DNA of 64,000 nucleotides from Solirubrobacteraceae bacterium (GTDB lineage: Bacteria > Actinomycetota > Thermoleophilia > Solirubrobacterales > Solirubrobacteraceae): the NCBI GenBank assembly GCA_045805505.1, contig JBJMLA010000153.1, positions 13,134 through 77,133 of the forward strand, written 5' to 3'. Shown piece after piece: positions 45,736-56,081 of this stretch. The translations under genes and the position numbers were made by a program. Below the pieces are notes generated by a model. That model made no database searches. It worked only from the letters and a program-made list of their open reading frames with translations, and had not been told where the DNA came from. Within the stretch, counting starts at the first letter, position 1; each line of letters begins with the position of its first letter.

Positions 45736-47216
45736 GTGTGGGCCGTGCTGCTCGATCTCGACACCTGCTGGAGCGCGATCTCGTCGGGCGACGCGCGGTT
45801 CGACGGGTGGATCTTCTGCGGCGTCACGTCGACCGGGATCTACTGCCGGCCGAGCTGCCCGGCGCGGACGCCCAAGCGCGAGAACGTGCGCTTCTACCCG
45901 AGTGCCGCGGCCGCCCAGGGCGCGGGCTTCCGGGCCTGCAAGCGCTGCCGGCCCGACGCGACGCCGGGCTCGCCGGAGTGGGACACGCGCGCAGACATGG
46001 TCGGGCGCGCGATGCGGCTGATCGCCGACGGGATCGTCGACCGCGAGGGCGTGCCCGGGCTCGCGGCGCGGCTGGGCTACACGGAGCGGCACGTGCATCG
46101 CCAGCTCGTGGCCGTCGCCGGCGCCGGGCCGCTCGCACTCGCGCGGGCGCAGCGCGCGCAGACCGCTCGGGTGCTGCTCGAGACGACCGCGCTGCCGGTC
46201 ACCGAGGTGGCGTTCGCCGCGGGATTCGCCAGCGTCCGGCAGTTCAACGCCACGATCCGCGAGGTCTTCGCCACGACGCCGAGCGAGCTGCGGACCCGCG
46301 CGCGCCGGCACGGGCGACCCGACGAGAGCGGCGCGGTCACGCTGCGCCTGCCGTATCGGGCGCCGCTCGACGCCGAGGGGCTGCTGGCGTTCCTCGGCCT
46401 GCGGGCCGTCGCCGGGGTCGAGGAGATCGAGGACGGCGCGTATCGCCGCAGCCTGCGCCTGCCGCACGGGCCGGGGATCGTCGAGCTGCGCGCGGGGGAG
46501 GGGCACGTCGTCGCCCGCTTCCGGCTCGCCGACCTGCGCGACCTGCCCGCTGCCCTTCAGCGCAGCCGCGCGCTGCTCGACCTCGACTCCGATCCGCAGG
46601 CGGTCACCGCCGCGCTCGGCACCGATCCGCTGCTCGGCCCGCTCGTGCGATCCGCTCCCGGCCGGCGCGTGCCCGGCCACGTCGACGCGCACGAGCTCGC
46701 GGTCCGTGCGGTGCTCGGCCAGCAGGTGTCGGTGGCCGGCGCGGCGACGCTCGCGGCACGGCTCTCGGCACGCTACGGCGAGGCGCTCGAGCGGCCGCTC
46801 GGCGGCATCACCCACCTGTTCCCGAGCGCGGCCGCGCTCGCCGAGGCCGACCCGGCAGACCTGCCGATGCCCGGCGCGCGCCGCCGCGCCCTGCTCGGCC
46901 TCGCCGCCGCGCTGGCCGACGGCGCCGTGGTCCTCGACGCCGGCGTCGACCGCGAGGAGGCGCTCGCCGCGCTGCAGGCGCTTCCGGGCATCGGCCCGTG
47001 GACCGCGTCCTACGTCGCGATGCGCGGGCTGCGCGACCCCGACGCGTTCCTGCCGTCGGACCTCGGCGTGCGCCACGCGCTCGAGCGCCTCGGCCACGAC
47101 GGCCGGCCGCTCGCCGCCGCGGCGATCGCCGAGCGCTGGCGCCCCTACCGCGCCTACGCGCTCCAGCACCTGTGGGCGTCGCTCTCCGCGCCGGCCGTGT
47201 CCACGGCGGTCGCGGC

Positions 47217-47220
<4 letters not shown>
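45736..47220 (+). CDS. alkA: Bifunctional Ada N-terminal domain (Zn methylphosphotriester acceptor plus AraC HTH) fused to AlkA DNA-3-methyladenine glycosylase II
   Basis: GIYCRPSCPAR...FRACKRCRPD are the four Ada Zn-Cys ligands. An AraC-type HTH follows (LPVTEVAFAAGFASVRQFNATIREVF). The C-terminal HhH-GPD region is LQALPGIGPWTASYVAMRGLRDPDAFLPSDLG. Same architecture as the mycobacterial ada-alkA fusion. GTG start 45736, or 45745. Confidence 0.9.
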
Positions 47221-47756
<536 letters not shown>

Positions 47757-49006
47757 CGCGCCCGGAACGACCCGTTGGACTCGGAGTTGAGGATGAAGAC
47801 GTCGGGCTGGTCGCCCGGCGCGCGGCGGTGCGCGACGAACGCGAGGTACGGGATCCCCGGGTACGGGGCGCCCGCGGGACAGGCGCGCGGGGCGCGCGCG
47901 AACCGCTCGACCTGCCCGTCGGAGAGCAGGCGGCGCGGCCCGGACTCCGCAAACGGCCGGGTGTAGGGCCGCGGGTCCGAGGGGTGGATCAGGAGCGAGC
48001 CACTCTGCGCGACGAGCAGCGCGACGCACGCGAACGCGACCACCCGCGCGCGGGCCGTGACGCTCGCCAGTCCCACCGCACCGAGCACGAGCAGCGGCGG
48101 CTCCGCCACCTGGACCACGTTGACGTAGGTGCCGAGCTTCACGACGGTCAGGCCGAGCACGAGCGAGCCCGCCGCCGCCGCGACCACCGTCCGGCGCAGC
48201 TCCGCGTCGAGCACACGCGCGCGCAGCCCGAGCCCCGCGAGCACGACCAGCCCGATCAGGTTCCAGCCCTCCTGCGCGAGCAGCCCGCCCAGGTTGCGCA
48301 GCGCGGTGTTGCCGCTCTGGGCCTGCGCGGTGATGATCGAGCGCCACAGGTCGCCGCCCCAGATCAGCGTGCCCGCGGCGGCCAGCAGCACGCCGGTGCC
48401 CGCGAACCACGCGATGGCGCGCCGGCGCACGGGGGAGACGAGCAGCACCGCCAGCGCCGGCAGCGCGAAGGACAGCTTCGTGCTTGCCGCCACCGCGGCG
48501 AGCGCACCCGCCCACGCGGCACCGCCCGGACGCGCCGCCAGCACCGCGACGCCCAGCAGCAGCGGGGCGCCGATCGTCTCGGGAGTCAGCAGCGCGTTCT
48601 CGTGCAGCATCACCGGCAGCAGCGGCGTGGCGACGCCCGCGGCCACCGCCAGCCACGGCCGCTGCGTCAGCCGCCACACGGCCAGCCAGACCAGGAGCGC
48701 CGTGGCCAGCGCCGCGAGCTCGAGCCCGGCGCGCAGCATGGTCAGCGAGTCGTCGACGCCCAGCAGCGCCGCACCCGCGAGATAGACCGGGGGAGGCTGA
48801 GCCGCGGCGACGCCGGAGTAGAGGTCCAAGCCGTGCAGCAGCTCGCGCGCGCTCAGCGCGTAGACCCCGTCCGAGGTGCTCCAGAACGCTTCGCCGCGCA
48901 GCAGCCCCAGCGCCAGCAGCAGCAGCGCGGTCAGGGCGCCGCAGGCCAGCAGCGCTCGGCGGTGATCGGGGCCATCCATGCCCGCGGGAAGCTACCTTTG
49001 CGGAAG

Positions 49007-49654
49007 ATGCGGCGGCTCGGGCTCCTCACCATCGCGTTGGTGCTCGCTCTCCAGACCGGGGCGCCGGCGCACCCGGGGCACGGTCCGCAGGTCGTGGCCA
49101 TCAGCGAGTTCGCCTACGCGCCGCAGAAGGTCACGGTCGTCGCGGGCGACTACGTCTTCTGGGAGTGGAAGGGCCCCGACACCAACCACACGGTGACGTC
49201 CGACGACGGGCAGGGGTTCGCGTTCGACTCGCCCGGTGGCTCGGACCACAAGGTCGACGATCGCTGGTCGCTGCAGTTCACCAAGCCCGGCACGTTCACC
49301 TACCACTGCCGGGTCCACTCGTTCATGAAGGGGACCGTCGTGGTTCTCGAGGCGCCTGCGCAGCCCGTCGCCACCGTGGCCAAGCTCAGCAAGGTCAGCG
49401 TGGCGGTGGCCGGCCGGCGCCTGACCGTGCGCTTCCGCGTCAACCAGGCCGTGAGCATGCGCGCGCTGATCCGCCGCGCGAGCACCGGCAAGACCGTCAA
49501 GGAGTTCGACTTCGCCGGCCCGCCCGGAGCCAACCGGCGCGTCCTGCGGCTCAAGGGCTTCAAGGCGGGCGGCTATCGCCTCGCGCTGATCGCCGTGGAC
49601 TCGTCGGGCGGCAACTCCACCAAGCCCGTGCTGCGATCCTTCACGCTCCGATGA
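49007..49654 (+). CDS. Secreted amicyanin-like type-1 copper protein (cupredoxin) with a basic Ig-like C-terminal module
   Basis: Signal peptide. His ligand in DTNHTVTS. C-x2-H-x2-M loop in YHCRVHSFMKGTVVV, compared with amicyanin YHCTPHPFMRGKVVV. Confidence 0.85.
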   Translation: MRRLGLLTIALVLALQTGAPAHPGHGPQVVAISEFAYAPQKVTVVAGDYVFWEWKGPDTNHTVTSDDGQGFAFDSPGGSDHKVDDRWSLQFTKPGTFTYHCRVHSFMKGTVVVLEAPAQPVATVAKLSKVSVAVAGRRLTVRFRVNQAVSMRALIRRASTGKTVKEFDFAGPPGANRRVLRLKGFKAGGYRLALIAVDSSGGNSTKPVLRSFTLR

Positions 49655-49941
49655 GGCGCGTTCTCCTGATCCTGACCGCGGGCGCATTGCTGGCGCTGGC
49701 GGCGGCACCAGCGCCCGCCTACCCGCCGATCACCTGCGGCAAGACGAGCGTCCGGGGAACGGCCTACGTCGTCCGGACGCACGGGCCGAACTGCACGAAG
49801 GCGATCGGCTGGACGCGCACCTTCATGCTCAAGGGCCGTTCGCCGGCCGGCTGGCGCTGCAAGGCCTACGGGGCGGATGCCCCCGCGGTCTGCATCCGCA
49901 ACCACCACAAGAACACCTACTTCAACGCCACGAAGGCTTGA
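49651..49941 (+). CDS. Small secreted four-Cys protein (unknown function)
   Basis: ATGA overlap with the cupredoxin. Signal peptide MRRVLLILTAGALLALAAAPAPA, then 4 Cys in about 70 aa. Confidence 0.55.
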   Translation: MRRVLLILTAGALLALAAAPAPAYPPITCGKTSVRGTAYVVRTHGPNCTKAIGWTRTFMLKGRSPAGWRCKAYGADAPAVCIRNHHKNTYFNATKA

Positions 49942-50579
49942 GGCTCCCGCGCGGCGCGCGGTCGGTTCCGGCGACGCCCTGGAGCGCGCGCAGCCGCTGG
50001 CGCGCCCGGCCGTCGACCATCGCGGTGCTGCTGCTCGGCCTGTGGCTGTTCGGCACGGGCGAGGCGCTGCTGATCGAGGCCGGCATCGGCAACTCGCCGT
50101 GGACGGTGTTCGCCGAGGGGCTCGGCGACCAGGTCGGGATCTCGATCGGCGCGGCCACGTTCGCCACGAGCCTGGCCATCCTGCTGAGCTGGCCGCTGTT
50201 GCACGAGCGTCCGGGCCTGGGGACGCTCGCCAACGCGGTCGTCGTCGCCGTGGCCATCGACGTCATGCGCCCGGTGATGCCGCGGCCCGGTCCGCTCGGG
50301 CTCGAGGTGGTGCAGGTCCTCGCCGGCATCGGCGCGATCGGGATCGGCAGCGGGCTCTACCTGACGTGCAACCTCGGCCCGGGTGCGCGCGACGGGCTGA
50401 TGACCGCGCTGCACCGCATCCTGGATCAGCCCGTGGCGCGCATCCGGATGGCCATCGAGGTCACCGCCGTCGCCGCCGGATGGGCACTGGGCGGAACGGT
50501 CGGGGCCGGGACGATCATGTTCGCGCTGCTCATCGGCTGGGCCGTGTCGATGGGCCTGGCGCTCGCCGGTAGCGCCTGA
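49938..50579 (+). CDS. YczE-like integral membrane protein
   Basis: TTG start overlapping the previous stop. GIGNSPWTVFAEGL and GPGARDGLM motifs resemble YczE/DUF6198-type proteins. Confidence 0.65.
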   Translation: MRLPRGARSVPATPWSARSRWRARPSTIAVLLLGLWLFGTGEALLIEAGIGNSPWTVFAEGLGDQVGISIGAATFATSLAILLSWPLLHERPGLGTLANAVVVAVAIDVMRPVMPRPGPLGLEVVQVLAGIGAIGIGSGLYLTCNLGPGARDGLMTALHRILDQPVARIRMAIEVTAVAAGWALGGTVGAGTIMFALLIGWAVSMGLALAGSA

Positions 50580-50639
50580 CATCCCGGACCGCCCCGCGTC
50601 ATGACCGGTGAACGTCCCCTTCACCGAAAGGAAGACCCC

Positions 50640-51311
50640 ATGCGGGAGAAGATGAGGAACACGCTGTTGGCGGTCGCGGGCATCGCGGCGCTCACCGGCG
50701 GATCGCTGGTCGTCACCGATGCTGCGGTGGCCAAGAAGCACAGCAAGCACGCCAAGAAGCACGCGACCGCCAAGAAGCGCACGGCCGCCGCGGAGCTGAC
50801 GGGCGACACGAAGACCCAGGCCGAGGCCGCGGCGCTGGCCGCCGTCACGGCCGGGACCGTCAAGCGGTCCTTCGCCGCGAAGGCCGACAACCCCGACGGC
50901 GCCGTCTACGTCGTGCGCGTCACCAACGCCGACGACGAGGACGTCGACGTGCTCGAGGACGCGAGATTCAACGTGATCAAGACGGTCGAGGGCGGGCGCC
51001 CGTGCGCCGGCGGCGACCACGGCGATCGCGGTGGACCGGCGGCCCTGACCGGAGACGCCAAGACGCAGGCCGAGGCGGCGGCGCTCGCCGCGGTCCCCGG
51101 GGGCGAGGTCGAGCGCTCGCACGCCGCGCGCCCGGACAACCCCGACGGCGCCGTGTACGCGGTGGACGTCGAGACCGCCGACGATGCGTACAAGGTCGTG
51201 CTCGAGGACGCGAGCTTCAACGTCATCAAGGTCATCGACCGGCCCGAGCACGGCGGCCCGGGCCACCGTGGCCCGCACCCGCCGCAGGCCGACGACGACG
51301 ACGAGTCCTAG
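50640..51311 (+). CDS. Membrane-anchored or secreted protein with two PepSY-like repeats
   Basis: AAAGGAAG RBS 6 nt upstream of the ATG. Signal/anchor, then 2x [LTGD(T/A)KTQAEAAALAAV..G.V.RS...PDGAVY.V.V...D......VLEDA.FNVIK]. Confidence 0.8.
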   Translation: MREKMRNTLLAVAGIAALTGGSLVVTDAAVAKKHSKHAKKHATAKKRTAAAELTGDTKTQAEAAALAAVTAGTVKRSFAAKADNPDGAVYVVRVTNADDEDVDVLEDARFNVIKTVEGGRPCAGGDHGDRGGPAALTGDAKTQAEAAALAAVPGGEVERSHAARPDNPDGAVYAVDVETADDAYKVVLEDASFNVIKVIDRPEHGGPGHRGPHPPQADDDDES

Positions 51312-51339
51312 GCGGCGAACGGGCGTAGGATCGCCGTCG

Positions 51340-51465
51340 ATGCAGGCGGCGATCCGCGACGTTCCCGAAGAAGCGCGCTTCACCGCGGAAGCCGGCGACG
51401 AGCTCGCCGGCTTCCTGCCCTACCGGCTGCGCCCGCACGATCGGCGGAAGGAACTCGGCCCATGA
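51340..51465 (+). pseudogene. 41-codon remnant resembling the N-terminus of a small GNAT (YjdJ-type) acetyltransferase
   Basis: MQAAIRDVPEEARFTAEAGDELAGFLPYRL matches the N-terminal beta-strands of about 95-aa GNAT proteins, but the frame stops before the catalytic HTEV/CPF part. The stop overlaps the next start (ATGA). Confidence 0.35.
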
Positions 51466-51665
51466 GGAAGTCCTACGAGGGCCGCGACGTCGTGGTGTCG
51501 TTCGACGCCGAGGTCTGCATCCACGCAGCCGAGTGCGTGCGCGGGCTGCCCGCCGTCTTCGACACGCGCAAGCGGCCGTGGATCGACCCGGACGCTGCCG
51601 ATGCCGCCGAGGTCGTCGCCGCCGTGGGGCGCTGCCCGAGCGGCGCGCTGCGGATCGAGGGTTAG
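51462..51665 (+). CDS. Divergent 4Fe-4S mono-cluster (Fer4_19-like) small protein
   Basis: 67 aa. VSFDAEVCIHAAECVRGLPAVF...PWIDP...RCPSGAL matches my recollection of this family. Confidence 0.6.
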   Translation: MRKSYEGRDVVVSFDAEVCIHAAECVRGLPAVFDTRKRPWIDPDAADAAEVVAAVGRCPSGALRIEG

Positions 51666-52099
51666 ACGGCGTCGTCGGCCGTCGCACCGTCGCGCCTGGC
51701 GGCGCGGCGCTGTCCCGGCACCCGCTTGGCCACGCGGCCGATCGGCTCGAGCGCCAGCTGGAGCCCCTCGAGCTGGGCGGCGAGCTGCTCGAGCCGCGCC
51801 TCCAGGCGGTCCATCGTCTCGGGCAGCCGGGCGAGGTGCTGCTGGACCTCGACGAGCACCGGCATCGCCGATTCGATGGTCGCCATCCGCGCGTCGATCT
51901 GGTGGATGCACTCGGTGGCCTCGGCGACGCGGGCCATCTCGGCGCGCAGCTCCGGAAGCGCCGCGGTCTGCCCGGCGACGTCGTCGAGCACCGCCGTGTT
52001 CGCCGCCATGCTCGACGTGTCGCGCGCCATCCCGGGGAGGACCCTGAGCGCGTTGACCACGTCGAAGGGCAGGCTGGGAATCGGAAGCCGCGGAGCCAT
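51662..52099 (-). CDS. Coiled-coil hypothetical protein
   Basis: 145 aa with heptad-like Leu/Glu/Ala-rich sequence (LEARLEQLAAQLEGLQLALE). GC3-rich. No family recognised. Confidence 0.55.
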   Translation of the reverse strand: MAPRLPIPSLPFDVVNALRVLPGMARDTSSMAANTAVLDDVAGQTAALPELRAEMARVAEATECIHQIDARMATIESAMPVLVEVQQHLARLPETMDRLEARLEQLAAQLEGLQLALEPIGRVAKRVPGQRRAARRDGATADDAV

Positions 52100-52124
52100 C
52101 GCGAAAACCTATCCTGATCGGCCG

Positions 52125-52970
52125 GTGCGGCATCTCGGTTCTCTTCTCGTCGCGCTGGTCCTCGCGGCGCCCGCCGCCGCCGAGCAGGTGCCGCCGCCGC
52201 CCGGCAAGGCGCCGCTGCGGTTCCGCGACGAGGTCTTCGGGCGCATCGCGGTCGATCACGGCCTGCGCTACGGCTCTGCCGCGCCGCTGCTGCTCGACCT
52301 CTACCGACCGCGCGGCGATCGTCGCGCGCTGCGCCCCGCGATGGTCTGGGTCCACGGCGGCGGGTTCTCGAGCGGCACGCGCACACACCGCACGCTGCGC
52401 TCGCTCGCCCTGGGCTCCGCGCGCCGCGGATACGTGGCGACCTCCATCGACTACCGCATCCTCTCGCCGTCGGGGTGCGAGGTCTCCGAGCCGGCGTGCC
52501 GTGCCGTCGCCGTCGAGGACCAGCACGACGTGCAGGCCGCGGTCCGCTGGCTGCGCCGCCACGCCGCGCGCTACCGCATCGATCCGCGGCGGATCGCCGT
52601 CGGCGGGACGTCGGTCGGCGGGATCCTGAGCTACCTGGTCGGCACCCGGCCGGACGACCCGGGCGACAGCGGCAACCCGGGCTGGTCGTCGCGCGTGCGC
52701 TGCTTCGTCTCGATCGCCGGCGGCTTTCCCGGCGACGGGGGCGGCTATCCGAGCGCGGGTGACGCGCCCGGGCTGCTGTTCCACGGGACCCACGACCGCA
52801 CGACGCCGTTCTCGTGGTCGATCGACGCGACGCGGGCGCTGCGGGCGGCGGGCGTGCCGGCGACGCTGCAGCTGATCCCGCGCGGCCAGCACGTCGCCTA
52901 CGAGGTCTACCGCGAGCGCTACGACCAGCAGACGGCGAACTTCCTGTACCGCGAGCTCGCCCTGGGCTAG
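52125..52970 (+). CDS. Secreted alpha/beta-hydrolase (carboxylesterase-like)
   Basis: GTG start. Signal peptide LLVALVLAAPAAA. Oxyanion motif VWVHGGGF, nucleophile elbow GTSVGG, and GTHD near the C-terminus. Confidence 0.8.
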   Translation: MRHLGSLLVALVLAAPAAAEQVPPPPGKAPLRFRDEVFGRIAVDHGLRYGSAAPLLLDLYRPRGDRRALRPAMVWVHGGGFSSGTRTHRTLRSLALGSARRGYVATSIDYRILSPSGCEVSEPACRAVAVEDQHDVQAAVRWLRRHAARYRIDPRRIAVGGTSVGGILSYLVGTRPDDPGDSGNPGWSSRVRCFVSIAGGFPGDGGGYPSAGDAPGLLFHGTHDRTTPFSWSIDATRALRAAGVPATLQLIPRGQHVAYEVYRERYDQQTANFLYRELALG

Positions 52971-53785
52971 ACCGCGAAGCGCCGCGCGGCCTCGCGCGCG
53001 GCGCCCAGGCTGCGGTGCGAGCGGGCGGTCCACGCGCGGCCGCGGACCGGCTCGGGCGCGATGCCGTGGCGCAGCAGGAACGCCGGGTTGGCGTGGGTCA
53101 GCTGCCAGGCCTGGACCGCCGAGGCGCCCGCGGCGCGGGCGGGCCCGACGCCGGCGGCCAGCGTGTGGCCGCGCGCTCCGCCGTGCCCGTCGCTGGCCAG
53201 CACGTAGGCCAGCCCGCTGCGGACCAGGTGCTCGGCGGCGGACTGTGCCTCGCCGCCGTGGCGGCCCAGCAGCGAGCAGACGCTGACCTGCAGCACCGCC
53301 CCCGCGGCCATCTCGGGCCGCAGCCTCGCCAGGCCGCCGTCGAGCAGCCCGCTGGCGCGCTCGGGGTGGGCGATGACCATGCCGAAGCCCTGGTCTCGCA
53401 CGTGGCGGCAGGCCTCGAGGAACAGACGGCTGATGCCGCCGAACGGCGCCTCCAGGAGGACCCAGCGCGCGCCGGGCGGGCCGTGGGCGATGAGGCCGAG
53501 CTGCTCGCGCGTCAGGTCGGTCGCGCCGCTGGGGTGGATCTCGCCGCCGGGGTGGACCCGCAGCGCGATGCCCTCGGCGTCGAGGCGCTGCTGCAGGAGC
53601 GTGGTGCGCTCGGCGATCGTCTCGACGGCCAGCGGGAACCGCGCGTGCCCGACGTGCGGGGTGACGGTGGCCTCCTTGACGCCGGCGGCGGCGAGGTGCG
53701 CCGCGTAGGTGAGGGCCGACTGCTCGTCGGGCGGGCCGTCGTCGACGGCGGGGAGCAGGTGCAGGTGCAGGTCGACGTAGGACAT
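52967..53785 (-). CDS. PHP-domain tyrosine-protein phosphatase (CpsB/YwqE-like)
   Basis: N-terminus MSYVDLHLHLLPAVDDGP and the later AHPER and ASDGHG motifs. ATG is codon 30 of the track ORF. Confidence 0.8.
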   Translation of the reverse strand: MSYVDLHLHLLPAVDDGPPDEQSALTYAAHLAAAGVKEATVTPHVGHARFPLAVETIAERTTLLQQRLDAEGIALRVHPGGEIHPSGATDLTREQLGLIAHGPPGARWVLLEAPFGGISRLFLEACRHVRDQGFGMVIAHPERASGLLDGGLARLRPEMAAGAVLQVSVCSLLGRHGGEAQSAAEHLVRSGLAYVLASDGHGGARGHTLAAGVGPARAAGASAVQAWQLTHANPAFLLRHGIAPEPVRGRAWTARSHRSLGAAREAARRFAV

Positions 53786-53893
53786 GCGTTCCTTCCTTTC
53801 GGGTGGATCATCGATGTCCACCATCAGTCGTTGTGTTCGACCGGAAGGTACCTGCGACCCTGCTCCCCGCAAGGGTCGTTCACCGACTTTTCA

Positions 53894-55336
53894 CTAGTGG
53901 GCCATCGCCGGCTCGCCGATCGGCGCGTGCTGGGGGACGCCTCGCTCGATGACGAAGCCCGCCACGATCGCACCGAACGCGAAGATCCCGGCGGCCCACC
54001 AGAAGGCGGTGGTGAAGCCGTGGACCGAGGCCTCGGCGGCCGTGCCGGAGAAGCCCGACGCGGCGCTGTTGGCCATCGTGCTCAGGAACGCGGTGCCGAC
54101 CGAGCCGCCGACCTGCTGGCTCGTGTTGACCATCGCCGAGGCGACGCCCGCGTCGGACGGGCGGACGCCCGCCGTGGCGCTGGCGAAGGCCGGCGAGAAG
54201 ATCAGGCCCATGCCGGCGGCCTGGAGGATCAGCGCGGGCAGCACGTTCGCCAGGTACGTCGAGTCGGCGTCGAGCTGGGCGAGGAACACCATCGAGGCCG
54301 AGGCCAGGACCATGCCGAGCGTCATGAGCACGCGCGGCCCGTAGCGCGGCACGAGCTTGATCTGCCCCGTGGTCGCGGTGACGATGATGACCGCCGAGAG
54401 CGGCAGGAACGCCAGGCCGCTCTGGATGGGCGAGTAGCCCAGGTTGCGCTGCATGAAGAACGTCAGGAACAGAAAGACGCCGAACATGCCCGCGCCGGCG
54501 ATGGCCATCGACAGGTAGGCGCCGCCGCGGTTGCGGTCCAGGACGACCCTCAGCGGAAGCAGCGGGTGCTTGGCGCGGTTCTGCCAGGCGGCGAAGGCCG
54601 CGATCGCGATGACGCCGTAGGCCAGCATGCCGATCGTCACCCCGTTGCTCCAGCCGTCGGTCTCGGCGTGCGAGAAGCCGAAGACCAGCGCGAACAGGCC
54701 GCTGGTGGCCAGCCCGGTGCCGACGAGGTCCAGGCGCGGCCGGGCGCCGGAGCGCTCCGGGTTGCGCAGCAGCGTGAACGCGGCGAACGCGGCCGGCAGC
54801 GCGAACAGGAGGTTCACGTAGAGGCACCAGCGCCAGGAGAGGTACTCGGTGAGGATGCCGCCGAGCAGCAGGCCGACCGCGGCGCCGCCGCCGGCGATCG
54901 CGCCGAAGATGCCGAACGCCTTGGCCCGCTCCTGCGGCTCGGTGAACGTGACGGTCAGCAGCGCGAGGGCCGAGGGGGCCAGGATGGCGCCGAAGACGCC
55001 CTGCGCGGCGCGAGCGGCGACGAGCACGCCGAAGCTGCCGGCCATGCCGCCGATGGCGGAGGCGACAGCGAAGCCGATGAGGCCGCCGATGAAGGTCCAC
55101 TTGCGGCCGAAGAGGTCGCCGAGCTTGCCGCCGAGCAGCAGCAGGGAACCGAACGCGAGGGCGTAGGCGGTGACGACCCACTGCCGGCTCTCGTCGCCGA
55201 AGCCGAGGCTGTCCTGGGCCGAGGGCAGCGCGATGTTGACGATGGTGGCGTCGAGGACGACCATCAGCTGAGCGATGCCGAGCAGGGCCAGGATGGCCCA
55301 GCGGCGATCGTGATGGTGCTGATCAGTTGGTGACAT
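53894..55336 (-). CDS. MFS transporter, DHA2 (EmrB/QacA-like) family
   Basis: LGIAQLMVVLDATIVNIALPS and GKLGDLFGRKWTF with 14 predicted TM segments. ATG is codon 76 of the track ORF. Divergent from the TetR gene. Confidence 0.9.
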   Translation of the reverse strand: MSPTDQHHHDRRWAILALLGIAQLMVVLDATIVNIALPSAQDSLGFGDESRQWVVTAYALAFGSLLLLGGKLGDLFGRKWTFIGGLIGFAVASAIGGMAGSFGVLVAARAAQGVFGAILAPSALALLTVTFTEPQERAKAFGIFGAIAGGGAAVGLLLGGILTEYLSWRWCLYVNLLFALPAAFAAFTLLRNPERSGARPRLDLVGTGLATSGLFALVFGFSHAETDGWSNGVTIGMLAYGVIAIAAFAAWQNRAKHPLLPLRVVLDRNRGGAYLSMAIAGAGMFGVFLFLTFFMQRNLGYSPIQSGLAFLPLSAVIIVTATTGQIKLVPRYGPRVLMTLGMVLASASMVFLAQLDADSTYLANVLPALILQAAGMGLIFSPAFASATAGVRPSDAGVASAMVNTSQQVGGSVGTAFLSTMANSAASGFSGTAAEASVHGFTTAFWWAAGIFAFGAIVAGFVIERGVPQHAPIGEPAMAH

Positions 55337-55399
55337 GGGGGTGAGGTATCCTGGGAAGTGGAGAGATCGTGTCCGGTTGTGTATGCCAAGGTAGCACAC

Positions 55400-55422
55400 A
55401 AGTGGACACCCTGCGTCCACTT
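55400..55422. promoter_or_regulatory. Candidate TetR operator: AAGTGGAC-N7-GTCCACTT
   Basis: Perfect 8-bp inverted repeat in the 103-bp divergent MFS/TetR intergenic region, which is relatively AT-rich. Confidence 0.45.
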
Positions 55423-55439
55423 TCGTAGACTCGCTGCCG

Positions 55440-56081
55440 ATGGCCCTCGCCGACAAGCCCCTTCGCCGTGATGCCGAGCGCAATCGGGAGCTGATCCTGG
55501 AGGCGGCGCGGGCCGCGTTCGCCGAGGACGGGCTCGACGTCGGCCTGCACGAGATCGCCAAGCGCGCCGGAGTGGGCGTGGGAACGGTCTACCGCCGGTT
55601 CCCCGACAAGGCAGACCTCATCGAGGCCCTGTTCCAGGACCGCGTGGAGGACGTCGTGGCCATCGCCGAGGCGGCGCTGGCCGAGGACGACGCGTGGCAG
55701 GGCCTGACCACGTTCCTCGACGCGACGTGCCGGCTGCAGGCCGCCGATCGCGGGCTGCACCAACTGGTCTTCGCCGGGGACAACGCGGTCAAGTGCGCGT
55801 CAGGCGCCCGCGAGCGGATCGCGCCGCTCGTCGCCCAGCTCGTCGTGCGCGCGCAGGAGCAGGGCACGCTGCGCCGCGACGTCGGCCCGCTCGACGTGGG
55901 GATGATGCGCAAGATGGTCGGCGAGTTCATCGAGCAGTCCGGCGAGGCCGGGGCCGAGGTGTGGCCGCGGCTGCTGGCGATCGCGCTCGATGGCCTGCGC
56001 GCCGACCGTGAGGGGTCGGACCTGCCCGGCACGACGCCGAGCCCCGCGCTGTTCGATCAGATGCTGACTCAGCGCGGCTGA
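55440..56081 (+). CDS. TetR/AcrR-family transcriptional regulator
   Basis: N-terminal HTH RNRELILEAARAAFAEDGLDVGLHEIAKRAGVGVGTVYRRF. Confidence 0.9.
   Translation: MALADKPLRRDAERNRELILEAARAAFAEDGLDVGLHEIAKRAGVGVGTVYRRFPDKADLIEALFQDRVEDVVAIAEAALAEDDAWQGLTTFLDATCRLQAADRGLHQLVFAGDNAVKCASGARERIAPLVAQLVVRAQEQGTLRRDVGPLDVGMMRKMVGEFIEQSGEAGAEVWPRLLAIALDGLRADREGSDLPGTTPSPALFDQMLTQRG

Noticed and set aside
45449-45827. Two small minus-strand ORFs (69 aa and 67 aa) sharing VAHRPAGCWR(L/F)SDVTVGR as a duplicated peptide gene.
   Set aside because: The similarity is simply repeat B read in one frame. The ORFs are Arg-rich, lack start context, and the second overlaps the ada-alkA 5' end. The repeats are better explained at the DNA/RNA level.
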